The translations under genes were made by a program, and so were the position numbers. The notes under the pieces are model-generated. The model did no database searches, was not told the DNA's origin, and was given only the letters and a program-made list of their open reading frames with translations. Below are positions 26,107 to 34,980 of a stretch of 64,000 nt of DNA, piece after piece (within the stretch, counting starts at the first letter, position 1; each line of letters begins with the position of its first letter). Source of the DNA: a virus (lineage: Duplodnaviria; Caudoviricetes). The DNA is taken from the IMG/VR virus record IMGVR_UViG_3300025892_000008; one strand, given 5' to 3'.

Positions 26107-28770
26107 TTACTCAAAATCAAATAAACTGTTAAAGTTATTATCATTACGTGTTTGACTTATGTCCCATTCCAAAACGCCAATTAAGTTTTTAAGTTTTTCA
26201 TCGATAACTGTGTTTTCCATAGTAGCATCATCGAATGGTAACTCTTTGAACCAATCCGGAAGTCTTAGTTCGTCAACCGGATATGCTACACTGGTGTAAG
26301 CCATTGGATTATCTTTAACCTTACATACAATAACTTTTGCACCATCTGTTATGTTTACTGAGTACTTGTCGCCGTTCATACGTTTAAGTGTATTCCAATT
26401 GATACTTGCTCTTACGTGTCCAGGCATATTCACCTTACCTGCTTTCTTTTCCTTTGCTCCATACTCTGTAATCTTATTTGCACGCTTAGGAGAACCTTTC
26501 TCCCAACCTGGACGTGACTTAAACTCTGTTCTAAATTCAGTAATGTAGTCTAGTACATCTTCTTTGTCTTTACCTGCTAGTACCATTTCTAATACATTAC
26601 TCAAAAAGTCTTGAATAACAACAGGAGTATCAGAACGTTTCAAGTCTAAGCCCATTGCTTTAATCTTGCCTGCCTTGCCTTCTGTATCTGTTCTAAATCC
26701 TTCAATGTCATAGTATAACACTGCATAACGTTTCTTTGTAATAAACAGACCTTTACTTGCAACAATCTCTCTAGCAGCCGCAATAACTTCGGAACGTTTT
26801 TTAGGACAATGAAATGCTTGGCTCATAAACTTAGGAAATGTTGCATTAGCATTTTCGCCGATTGTATCATATAGTTCTATAACGCTGTCTTTTGTCCACG
26901 GAATACTACCTGCTTCAATATCTTTTTTCAGTGTGCTATACGCACTGAAGTATGTAGAGTCAGTGTCACCATAAACAATTGCTTTGCCTGTATGATCATA
27001 TTCGCCTGTTACTATCTCATTGATCTTAGCAGCCATATGTTTTGTGATACTTCTTCCTGTAAGTGTAACACTTTGACCGATCCTATTATCGAAAAACCTA
27101 CAACCAGGATTAAGAATAGCGCCATACAAACTGTTAAGTAGAATTTTCTTAACCAACTGTCGCTTTGCCCAGTATTCTTCTTCAATTTTGTTTCCTGCAT
27201 TTTGACTTTCTTTCTGTTTAGCCTGCATTTCTTTACGTTCTTTGTACCAACGTGCAAGTAGTCCAGGAATAATACCTTCTTTTTCGTATGTAAAGATTGT
27301 ACCATTAGCACTTAGCATCCAAGGTTGATTGCTTTCGTAGATTAAATCATATATCTGTGCGGCACTAAGTTTGTCATTGTCGCCATTTTCCCAGTCGACA
27401 GTAATCTCTCTGCTAATCTCTTTGTCCATTACAGAACTATATTCAACACTACCAAACATACCTTCCCATGCACTTGCAAATGATTTGCCCTTTGCCATCT
27501 GTCCATCGATATGTGCTTTTGTTCCTTCTTGACGTAGTTGTCCGACTACAGTCTCAGGACCCATATTCAATGCTCTAATAACAGACGGATACAGTGAATT
27601 CAAGTCAACACTGCCAATCCATTCATGAATACCTTTTTTAGGATAAGCAACATAAGCACCTGCCGCAGGCTCACTGCCTGGCTCACGTTTTACTCTGTTC
27701 GGAACAATCATTCCACGTCTGTGTGCTTCGTTGATAATACCTTGTTCTGTAACTGCAACAGCACCCATTGTTGTTTGTATAAGAACTGTGTTTTCATGTG
27801 CAATAGTATTTGCAAGATCGATAAACTTTAGTTTCTTGTCTAGTTTGTCAAGTAGTGCAGTATCTTGTCTATTGTATTCGATGAATGTTCTAAAGTCGTT
27901 GTTGTATAGTGCATCAAGACTACCTTCATAAACAGTTTTCTTTTCACCTACTTCTAGTTCACCAATAGCATCTAGTCTGTATGTATGGCGTTCTTCATAG
28001 TTGTACTTACGATATAGTTCTAAACTATCTACGTGTACACGACCAATTAGATCATATGTTTGTGATTCCTTACCAAACTTTTCATATATTCTTTTCTTAG
28101 GCTTTTGATCCCACAAGCACAAGCGTCTAGTATCATCTGCGCTTAATACTTTAATGATACGGTTAACAGTGTAAGGCATATCATAACCTTCACTGTTCCA
28201 ACCACTTAGTACATCAGCATCTTGAATAAGATCTAAAAAAGCATCAAGCATATCTGCTTCATTGTCATACAGTATTGTATTTGGAATACCTTCAATTGCT
28301 TTTTGTGCTTCTGCCATTGAAAGTGTCTTAGGAGGAATAGCCAAACAAATAAGTTCATCTAGCCACTGTAAATGCACAGCAATTGATGTAATAGGCATAA
28401 ACGCATCTTCTGGACTTGCGTACCCACGCTCAGGATCAAAGTCAACCTCGATATCCCAAAACGCTACATTTAGTTTAGGAGCATCAACGTTTAAATAGTT
28501 GTCTTCTAAACAGCGATAAATTGGATTTATATCGCTTTCATATAATTTATGATTAGAATGAATTGCAAGTTCCTTGCGCAATTCCTTAATGTTTTTTGCA
28601 GTTACACGCTGTAAAGGATCACCGTAAATAGATTGATGTTTGCCTCTTGGGTCTTTATAATAAAATACGTGTCTTGGGGAATATTCTGTAAAATGTCTTT
28701 TATTGTTTTTTCTTTCTACTACTCGAATAGTATCTTCACTTCGATCATAGAATGCATCTACGTAACTCAT
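26107..28770 (-). CDS. family B DNA polymerase (T4 gp43-like)
   Basis: Exonuclease motifs DIEVD, GWNSEGYD and YNRQD; polymerase motifs DLNSLYPS, KILLNSLYG and YGDTDS; ATG 28770 with AGGAG SD. Confidence 0.95.
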   Translation of the reverse strand: MSYVDAFYDRSEDTIRVVERKNNKRHFTEYSPRHVFYYKDPRGKHQSIYGDPLQRVTAKNIKELRKELAIHSNHKLYESDINPIYRCLEDNYLNVDAPKLNVAFWDIEVDFDPERGYASPEDAFMPITSIAVHLQWLDELICLAIPPKTLSMAEAQKAIEGIPNTILYDNEADMLDAFLDLIQDADVLSGWNSEGYDMPYTVNRIIKVLSADDTRRLCLWDQKPKKRIYEKFGKESQTYDLIGRVHVDSLELYRKYNYEERHTYRLDAIGELEVGEKKTVYEGSLDALYNNDFRTFIEYNRQDTALLDKLDKKLKFIDLANTIAHENTVLIQTTMGAVAVTEQGIINEAHRRGMIVPNRVKREPGSEPAAGAYVAYPKKGIHEWIGSVDLNSLYPSVIRALNMGPETVVGQLRQEGTKAHIDGQMAKGKSFASAWEGMFGSVEYSSVMDKEISREITVDWENGDNDKLSAAQIYDLIYESNQPWMLSANGTIFTYEKEGIIPGLLARWYKERKEMQAKQKESQNAGNKIEEEYWAKRQLVKKILLNSLYGAILNPGCRFFDNRIGQSVTLTGRSITKHMAAKINEIVTGEYDHTGKAIVYGDTDSTYFSAYSTLKKDIEAGSIPWTKDSVIELYDTIGENANATFPKFMSQAFHCPKKRSEVIAAAREIVASKGLFITKKRYAVLYYDIEGFRTDTEGKAGKIKAMGLDLKRSDTPVVIQDFLSNVLEMVLAGKDKEDVLDYITEFRTEFKSRPGWEKGSPKRANKITEYGAKEKKAGKVNMPGHVRASINWNTLKRMNGDKYSVNITDGAKVIVCKVKDNPMAYTSVAYPVDELRLPDWFKELPFDDATMENTVIDEKLKNLIGVLEWDISQTRNDNNFNSLFDFE

Positions 28771-28783
28771 TTTTTCTCCTATA

Positions 28784-28829
28784 TGCAATTTCAGGCTTGC
28801 AAATACCAATGTGTCGCTTAATGGCCGAC
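28784..28829 (-). promoter_or_regulatory. two hairpins immediately upstream of the polB SD (candidate translational operator)
   Basis: UGCAA/UUGCA stem at 28784-28801 and GUCG/CGAC stem at 28813-28829. Confidence 0.4.
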
Positions 28830-28849
28830 TTTACCTTCTTCGTTAGTAC

Positions 28850-29119
28850 TTATACAGCAAAAACGTTGATTAAATGTTTTGTGACTCCGTATATATAAAT
28901 TAACGAAAGCACACCATTCAAAACAATTAAACTTTTCTCTTTCCACAATATACCAACACTTGTCCAAATAACAGATGCAAAAAAGAAACCATATACTCCA
29001 TACATCTCATTTGGAAATGTACTAATGAGCATAGCGGCTGTTAGCAATACAGTTGTACCTGCCCATGCTAACGGTTGGTAAGGTTTACTCGCTTGTGTCG
29101 TCATTATCAATTTCTTCAA
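28850..29119 (-). CDS. small membrane protein (3 TM)
   Basis: Three hydrophobic segments. Confidence 0.65.
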   Translation of the reverse strand: MKKLIMTTQASKPYQPLAWAGTTVLLTAAMLISTFPNEMYGVYGFFFASVIWTSVGILWKEKSLIVLNGVLSLIYIYGVTKHLINVFAV

Positions 29120-29381
29120 TGTTATCAGGTTTCAAAATAGGCATACCACCGTTATCAAAATAACGCCCATCGTCTGTAATATAAATGTGTGTTGTAATAT
29201 TAGATCCATCAATAGCAGACTTTTTATAGATACGCTTTTTCTTAATAGTACCTTTATAGTCTGTGTAATCAGCATTCACTAAACGTACTTTATCATTTAT
29301 GCCACCATAGATCCTATCAGCAGGTTCGCCACCTGGACCAATATGGTTTGAAACTATAAGTGTATTACCCATTGCGTTCAT
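29085..29381 (-). CDS. hypothetical protein
   Basis: 98 aa ORF; start may be 29372. Confidence 0.6.
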   Translation of the reverse strand: MNAMGNTLIVSNHIGPGGEPADRIYGGINDKVRLVNADYTDYKGTIKKKRIYKKSAIDGSNITTHIYITDDGRYFDNGGMPILKPDNIEEIDNDDTSE

Positions 29382-29592
29382 CTATTACTTTTTTAATGTG
29401 TATAAGGTGATCAGGAACTTCCCAATTAAACACTGATGCTAAGTTTACACCACTGTTTTCATAATCTAGATCTTTCACACCTTTTTTCATACCAAACCCT
29501 AGTCCACCTTTTGTCTTAATATGTCTTTTAGGGTCATATTGAGATTCATCTTTATATTGCACTTTTTTAATTCTCTTTCTTTGTTTAGGCAT
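29365..29592 (-). CDS. basic hypothetical protein
   Basis: 75 aa ORF just downstream of a sigma70 promoter. Confidence 0.65.
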   Translation of the reverse strand: MPKQRKRIKKVQYKDESQYDPKRHIKTKGGLGFGMKKGVKDLDYENSGVNLASVFNWEVPDHLIHIKKVIDERNG

Positions 29593-29599
29593 TGTTATA

Positions 29600-29628
29600 A
29601 TAGTAACACAATTATATTACATTGTCAA
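29600..29628 (-). promoter_or_regulatory. sigma70-type promoter
   Basis: TTGACA-N17-TACTAT. Confidence 0.7.
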
Positions 29629-29635
29629 GTTATTT

Positions 29636-29917
29636 TTACCACCAACCTGCTGCTATACCGTATCCAAATACGTTAACACAAGCAAAGTAGAAAGTTAATA
29701 GTGTTACCCATGCTGCACCTCTACGTAACGATGCATAGCATTGAGTAATACTACCTACAAAGAATCCTGGATATACTATAAGCATATTAGGATCCCTAGC
29801 AGTAAGAGCAAGAGTCATACTTGCACCTACTGTAAAGATAAAACTTATTAATTCGAAACCAAAAGCAACTTTATCGCTTTGGTAAGAATTAACCCAAAAG
29901 TTTTTTATCTTTTCCAA
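29636..29917 (-). CDS. small membrane protein (3 TM)
   Basis: Three hydrophobic segments. Confidence 0.7.
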   Translation of the reverse strand: MEKIKNFWVNSYQSDKVAFGFELISFIFTVGASMTLALTARDPNMLIVYPGFFVGSITQCYASLRRGAAWVTLLTFYFACVNVFGYGIAAGWW

Positions 29918-30208
29918 TTATTCGTCATCCACACGTGGACCTGAAACATCATCAGGAAGATTTTTAGTAATACCTAAAATACCTTCAATGTCACTCCATT
30001 CTTCTTCGTGTTTTGCCCAATCACCTTTGTGTGCAATTTTAATTGCTTTATTAATTGTGCTTGGTTTAATTTGTAGTTCTTCTGCTACTGCTTTTACAGT
30101 ATCTTTAAGTCCTTCGTTCAAATCTTCTACTTCACGTAGTACAGTTGAACCTTCGCTAATTAGTCTTTCTAATTTCGCTTTTTCTTCGGGGCCATAACTT
30201 TTTGACAT
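29918..30208 (-). CDS. T4 DsbA / GapR-like double-stranded DNA-binding protein
   Basis: KLERLISEG...LKDTVKAVAEELQIKPSTINKAIKIAHK pattern resembles the T4 DsbA/DUF2312 family. Confidence 0.55.
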   Translation of the reverse strand: MSKSYGPEEKAKLERLISEGSTVLREVEDLNEGLKDTVKAVAEELQIKPSTINKAIKIAHKGDWAKHEEEWSDIEGILGITKNLPDDVSGPRVDDE

Positions 30209-30233
30209 ATCATTCTCCTGGTTTGAGTTTATT

Positions 30234-30262
30234 ATTATACACTATTTAGGTTTGTGTGTCAA
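30234..30262 (-). promoter_or_regulatory. sigma70-type promoter with a nested late motif
   Basis: TTGACA-N17-TATAAT with CTAAATA inside the spacer. Confidence 0.75.
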
Positions 30263-30265
30263 CAC

Positions 30266-30799
30266 TTACTTGTAGATTTTCCAACCATTTTTATCAACTA
30301 AATTCAAAATAAATATTTTTTCTTTGTTGTAGTCGTGTTGTCCTTTGTTTCTGGTTTCGTAGAATGTTCTAGTTTCTTTAAAATCAAAACCAAAAATATT
30401 AACTTGTTTATTATTCGTTTCACTTAGATAATACAAAACCTGTAATCCTGTAGATGGTGGCGCATTAAGATTATTTTCTAACCATTGTGATTGAAACAAA
30501 GGTAAGATTATTCTTTTTGCTTTAAATTTTGCTTTTTTTATTTTATATTCCAATTCCTTTTTAGTAGGAGTGAATATTAAAGTATGGAATTTTGGTGTTT
30601 CAGAATTATATTTTTCAAAAGTGTTTACTTCACTTGAAGCCAAAAAGTCCCAACGACTTCCTTGAGATTCTTCATTAATTATACCTGCTCGATTAAATCT
30701 TACAGTAGGAAGACTATCAATAATGTGTCCGTTAGTTTTTGAAAATATACTTTCTGCGTTGCCAATTACATTTAAAGCCTGATTTAAATCTGTTAACAT
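30266..30799 (-). CDS. GT29 (sialyltransferase)-like protein
   Basis: VIGNA...G..ID...VRFN (sialylmotif L-like), PSTG (S-like), IFGFDF and H.Y..EK (VS-like). Confidence 0.55.
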   Translation of the reverse strand: MLTDLNQALNVIGNAESIFSKTNGHIIDSLPTVRFNRAGIINEESQGSRWDFLASSEVNTFEKYNSETPKFHTLIFTPTKKELEYKIKKAKFKAKRIILPLFQSQWLENNLNAPPSTGLQVLYYLSETNNKQVNIFGFDFKETRTFYETRNKGQHDYNKEKIFILNLVDKNGWKIYK

Positions 30800-30816
30800 A
30801 CAGGTATTTACGTCAT

Positions 30817-30846
30817 AAAAAAAGCCGGCAGTTGAATACCGGCTTT
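30817..30846 (-). terminator. rho-independent terminator
   Basis: AAAGCCGG-loop-CCGGCTTT followed by a U7 tract on the minus strand. Confidence 0.85.
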
Positions 30847-30869
30847 AGTTTGTATTTAAATTCTTTTTG

Positions 30870-31808
30870 TTAGCAGTCTGGACCGCAGTTGCAGTCGTCA
30901 CCGCATTTGCCTTTACAAGCACACTCTGGACCACAATTGCAGTCCTTGCCTTCAGTTAAGCCTTTTTCCACAACGTCATACATTTCAAAACGTCCGCCGT
31001 TTCTTTCATATAGTATAGCAGCAAAAATTTCTTGCTTGTTTGTTTCTTCTACTTTTGTTACAGCGACTCTATTAGCCCAATTCCAAAGAACATCATCCAT
31101 TGGATCAATTGCTTGTTGTCCGCCACTTTCTTTAACCATTTTAAACATTTCGATAAATGTCATTTTAGGTTCTACTGATTCTTTAACAGTTTTCTTTTTC
31201 TTTTTGCCGTAAGCACCTTCGTCCATGTCTTTTTCTTTATCATCGGACGTCTTGCCTTTTTTCTTATCTAGCATTTTTTGGAATGCTGCTTTTTGTTTAG
31301 CAGACTGTGCTTCTACAATTTCGCCGTCCATGTCTTTAAATGTCACAGATTCATTTTTAGATTCATCTTTCTTCTTGTATTCTTCCATACAAGATTCGCA
31401 CATTTCTTTTAGTTCTTTCTGATCGCAGTCTGGGTGTGCTTCGCACATTTCTTTCACACTCATGCCCTTACCACACATCATTAAGATGCTTTTCTTGCTA
31501 GGTAATTTTTTAGGTTTCTTTTCTGCTTTAATAATTTGCTCTGCTTCTTTAACAGGCTCTTTCTTTTTCTTAGCATCTTTAGCAGCCTTCTTCATGGGCT
31601 CTTTCTTGTCGCCATCTTTGTCCATATCAAGAAAGTCTGGTTTTGCTGCTTCTTTTACTTTTGTATCTTTTTTTGCTTCGGTAACTACTTGTTTAGCACC
31701 TAGCGCAATACCTGTTGATTCCGCCAGTGTTGAATAATGCTGTAAATCTTGACTTGGCGTAGTCGGATCTAAGTCACGCATTTTTGTTATAATTTTTCTA
31801 AAGTCCAT
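30870..31808 (-). CDS. Lys/Glu-rich late protein with EF-hand-like loop and Cys-rich tail
   Basis: DMDKDGDKKE; C-terminus DCNCGPECACKGKCGDDCNCGPDC; ATAAATA at 31838-31832. Confidence 0.8.
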   Translation of the reverse strand: MDFRKIITKMRDLDPTTPSQDLQHYSTLAESTGIALGAKQVVTEAKKDTKVKEAAKPDFLDMDKDGDKKEPMKKAAKDAKKKKEPVKEAEQIIKAEKKPKKLPSKKSILMMCGKGMSVKEMCEAHPDCDQKELKEMCESCMEEYKKKDESKNESVTFKDMDGEIVEAQSAKQKAAFQKMLDKKKGKTSDDKEKDMDEGAYGKKKKKTVKESVEPKMTFIEMFKMVKESGGQQAIDPMDDVLWNWANRVAVTKVEETNKQEIFAAILYERNGGRFEMYDVVEKGLTEGKDCNCGPECACKGKCGDDCNCGPDC

Positions 31809-31834
31809 AGTAGTTTCCTTTGTATAGTAAGTAT

Positions 31835-32269
31835 TTATCTTCTTACTGGGTTCTCTCCAAATATACTGTTCTTCATATCTAGTGCATTTTTAGCAGTTCC
31901 GTTACCCGTTTTTGGTTGTTTAACCACTGGTTGCGGCGGTGCTTTTGTGCCTGATTTTCCACCCCATGGATTACCTGTATAGCTCTTCTTACCACGTGCT
32001 TTACCTGGACTCAAATGCGGTGCTTCTACACTAGCAATATTACCTGCTGCTGTAGCGCCTGCTGTTGCAGACTCTTTAAAGCCGTTTTCACCTGCTTCTT
32101 TCTCTAACTCATACTTTCTACGCATAAGTTCTTTCGTCAACTTCTCGCTTTTACTTGTTTCGGGATCTAACTGAATATCCTGCAAAGCCTTACGTTTTGC
32201 TTCGTAATCCTCTTTATCCTTAGTAATACTAGTTCTAGTATCTTCTGCAAATAATTCACTTAGTTTCAT
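31835..32269 (-). CDS. late protein with capsid-targeting-like N-terminus
   Basis: Starts MKLSELFAE; ATAAATA 5 nt upstream. Confidence 0.75.
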   Translation of the reverse strand: MKLSELFAEDTRTSITKDKEDYEAKRKALQDIQLDPETSKSEKLTKELMRRKYELEKEAGENGFKESATAGATAAGNIASVEAPHLSPGKARGKKSYTGNPWGGKSGTKAPPQPVVKQPKTGNGTAKNALDMKNSIFGENPVRR

Positions 32270-32303
32270 AATATTATTTATCCTGTTTGTGGTCTCGTAA
32301 AAC

Positions 32304-33560
32304 CTATTTCTTTTTACCTGACTTCATATTAGCACACCAGTGATACATTTTAGCCTTCTCACCGCTTGCGTTTTTAGCCTTCTTACGCAACGATGTTACA
32401 CTACCATTGCAACTTGCACCTGATTTTTTTACTCTTCCGGGTCTACTTTTACCCTTCTTTTTACCGTCAGCAAAGTTTTCTTCTATATGTTCTCTTACTA
32501 GATGTTGAAAATTTTCTTCTATTTCTGCTTTTAATTTTTTGGCAGTTCTTTCAAACTTATGATCTTTATGTTTGAACCCTATGCCTCCGGCACTTTCCCA
32601 CGCTGCAATGTTAACACCATAATCGTCTATAAGGATATTAGGTGTGCCGTCGGGGTTAGTTGCATACTTCGCCTTATCCTTAGTTATGATGACTTCAGTT
32701 GGTGGAAAGAAGTCTAGGTTCTTTTCAATCCACTCGCGTTTATGCGGTTCTGAGTTAGGGTCATTTGCCAGTGGAGAACTTAGAATCTTGTAGTCACCTT
32801 TAACTTGTTTAATAATACCAAGTAGGTTTTTTGCATTTGCTGTTAGAGGAATGTTTAACCAAAATTCATCCTCATCTCTAATTTTTTTAAGTGCTGGTTC
32901 AATTTCATCTTTACCTAGTTCGCGCCAGTCCTTGCCAACCAACTTCTTCCACTCGCCAAAGAAGTCTGCTAGGACACCGTCCATGTCTACATAAATTTCT
33001 GATTTAGGGTTAAGCCCTTGAAACATATCTTCATATGTTTTCTTTTTCTTTTTCTTGGGGAATAATTTCTTAACGTTCATATACTCGCCACCTACGGGAA
33101 CGTCTGCGGTAGCATTTTGTTTTGTTACAATACCAACACCTGCTGCTTCTTCACCGTGATACTCTTGCTTGTGTTGTTCGCTTTCATCTGGAACTTCGTC
33201 TGTAAATGTTACAAATTTCTCCGGAACAACTACTGCTTCCATACTATCTACTTTTGCTATTCTTGCAGCAAAGTATCTATGATGTCCGTCCAGTATAAGA
33301 TACTTGCCGTCTTTTGGTGTAACTATAATTGGTTTTATTTCTTCGCCTGCTTTGATTTTATCCGCAAACTTCTTCATATTGTCTGCAGATTTTTTACCCT
33401 TCATTTTATCTGCTGGCTCAAATGGTTCCAGTTTATCAAAGTCTATTTGTTGTGAAGATTTTGAATTCCAGTATTTGTCATCTAGTGTAGCACCCTGATA
33501 GGAAGGATCCGTGTATACGGTTATTTCTTTTTCTTCTATAAGGAACTGGTGCGCTCTCAT
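32304..33560 (-). CDS. fusion of a ParB/Srx-like domain, a HAD 5'-nucleotidase-like domain and a basic Cys-containing tail
   Basis: PIIV...ILDGHHRYFAA; YVDMDGVLADF...ILIDDYGVN; starts MRAHQFLIE. Confidence 0.8.
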   Translation of the reverse strand: MRAHQFLIEEKEITVYTDPSYQGATLDDKYWNSKSSQQIDFDKLEPFEPADKMKGKKSADNMKKFADKIKAGEEIKPIIVTPKDGKYLILDGHHRYFAARIAKVDSMEAVVVPEKFVTFTDEVPDESEQHKQEYHGEEAAGVGIVTKQNATADVPVGGEYMNVKKLFPKKKKKKTYEDMFQGLNPKSEIYVDMDGVLADFFGEWKKLVGKDWRELGKDEIEPALKKIRDEDEFWLNIPLTANAKNLLGIIKQVKGDYKILSSPLANDPNSEPHKREWIEKNLDFFPPTEVIITKDKAKYATNPDGTPNILIDDYGVNIAAWESAGGIGFKHKDHKFERTAKKLKAEIEENFQHLVREHIEENFADGKKKGKSRPGRVKKSGASCNGSVTSLRKKAKNASGEKAKMYHWCANMKSGKKK

Positions 33561-33757
33561 CCTAATGGGTTCTCGCCTGTAAGTTTAGGTCTAGCGAACC
33601 ACAACTTGAACCATTCAGGGGTACCTGGTTGTATGTCTAGTTTCGCTTGGTAGTATTGTTTCTCTGTGCCTGTTATAGATAGATTGGGTCCATCATACTG
33701 TTTCCAGCCGTGACGTTCATAGATGCCTGCAAGTCTTTTTAATTCTTCCAACTCCAT
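33557..33757 (-). CDS. hypothetical protein
   Basis: 66 aa; MELEELKRLAGI module; TAATG coupling. Confidence 0.7.
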   Translation of the reverse strand: MELEELKRLAGIYERHGWKQYDGPNLSITGTEKQYYQAKLDIQPGTPEWFKLWFARPKLTGENPLG

Positions 33758-34980
33758 TACATTTTAACACAGTTGTCTACAGTTTTGCCGCCCTTCTTCT
33801 TAGTACCCATACGCTTGTAACCTTTCCAGCATACTTTGCCGTCAACGCCTTTTTGCTTTGCTTCATTAACACTTTCGTATTGCTGTCTAATGCTTTCTGG
33901 CATAGCAACAAATCTAGGCTTCTTACATTCTGAACATACTGCTTCATTTGCGCCGTTTACTGCACTATACAGATCTTCTGCAAACTCTGCTACTTTGTCA
34001 ACAGCATAATGTACATCTAAACTGTTTGCTAGGTCTATTGCTTTAAACACTGCGTCTGCTAGATCTTTATCAGATAAGTCAACACTTTCTTTAAATGCTT
34101 CATTTGTTCTTTGTAGTGCTTTTGCAACACCAGGATGATCAGCAAGTCCAGGAGCAATTTTATTAATTACTTCTACTGCGCCTGTCATATTACCTGCTTT
34201 ATATCTAGTATCATTTAAAACACCGTAAGCCATTTTAATTTGCTTATCTGTAAAGCCCATATTGTCTTGTGCTTCTTGTGTTGCTTCAGGCACTGCAATT
34301 TCGTTTTCTAAGTAGTGTTTTGCCTTGCTTAACATTTGTAAACTCTTAGTAACTTTACTCTGCCACCAGTGGGGGAAATCACTGTCTTCAGGTAAGTTCT
34401 CTAACATTTTAAAAAGTTCTCTAGCATAATTTGCTGCCTGGTATAGTTCTTTACGAATCATATGACGTTCATCATCTTGGTGTCCAATCGAAGTTTCTGT
34501 TTCAATTGAATCTTTCATTTCATCATCGTCATCATCGTCATCATCGTCATCATCTGGACTAGGCTCAGGATCTTTTATTTTTTGTAAACTTGTATCTTCT
34601 TGCTGACTAGCCCACTTCATTAACTTCTCAAGTTGTTCTTGACTGACCTTTGTTTTCTTTAGTAGTTCTTGAATTGAACTAGCACCACCTGGATCGCCAT
34701 AGCGTGTAAGTTCATCGCCAACACGACCAAGCACATTTGATAGTGCATCGTCCTTTGTAGTTGCCGCTTTATCCATCAGGATCCTTCCTAGTTTAGAAAG
34801 TTCGCCTCCTGCTGGATTTGTGTAAATTGATTCATCCATTTCTTTTCCCCTGTGTTTAGATTTACCTTGTTTCATTTCTTTTTTCTTATCTCGATGTGAT
34901 CCAGCCGCGCCACTTTTACGTAGTGCTTCCATGTCTTTCCAGTTAGGATCTCTCGTTTTGATCGTCTTCTGGTTCTTCAT
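33757..34980 (-). CDS. modular acidic late protein with poly-Asp tract
   Basis: 407 aa; D11 tract; C-terminal CWKGYKRMGTKKKGGKTVDNCVK module. Confidence 0.75.
   Translation of the reverse strand: MKNQKTIKTRDPNWKDMEALRKSGAAGSHRDKKKEMKQGKSKHRGKEMDESIYTNPAGGELSKLGRILMDKAATTKDDALSNVLGRVGDELTRYGDPGGASSIQELLKKTKVSQEQLEKLMKWASQQEDTSLQKIKDPEPSPDDDDDDDDDDDEMKDSIETETSIGHQDDERHMIRKELYQAANYARELFKMLENLPEDSDFPHWWQSKVTKSLQMLSKAKHYLENEIAVPEATQEAQDNMGFTDKQIKMAYGVLNDTRYKAGNMTGAVEVINKIAPGLADHPGVAKALQRTNEAFKESVDLSDKDLADAVFKAIDLANSLDVHYAVDKVAEFAEDLYSAVNGANEAVCSECKKPRFVAMPESIRQQYESVNEAKQKGVDGKVCWKGYKRMGTKKKGGKTVDNCVKM
34520..34554. repeat. 9-nt tandem repeat (TCATCATCG, about 4 copies) encoding poly-Asp
   Basis: Read directly from the sequence. 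Confidence 0.85.

Noticed and set aside
26107-28770. Intein or intron in DNA polymerase or ClpA
   Set aside because: Lengths are normal, motifs are contiguous, and no splice-junction or homing-endonuclease motifs were seen.
28775-28845. Resemblance of GGUAUUUGCAAGCC in the polB leader to a SAM-II/SAM-V riboswitch core
   Set aside because: The P1 partner and 3' pseudoknot/A-tract are missing, and the gene context (polymerase) does not fit.
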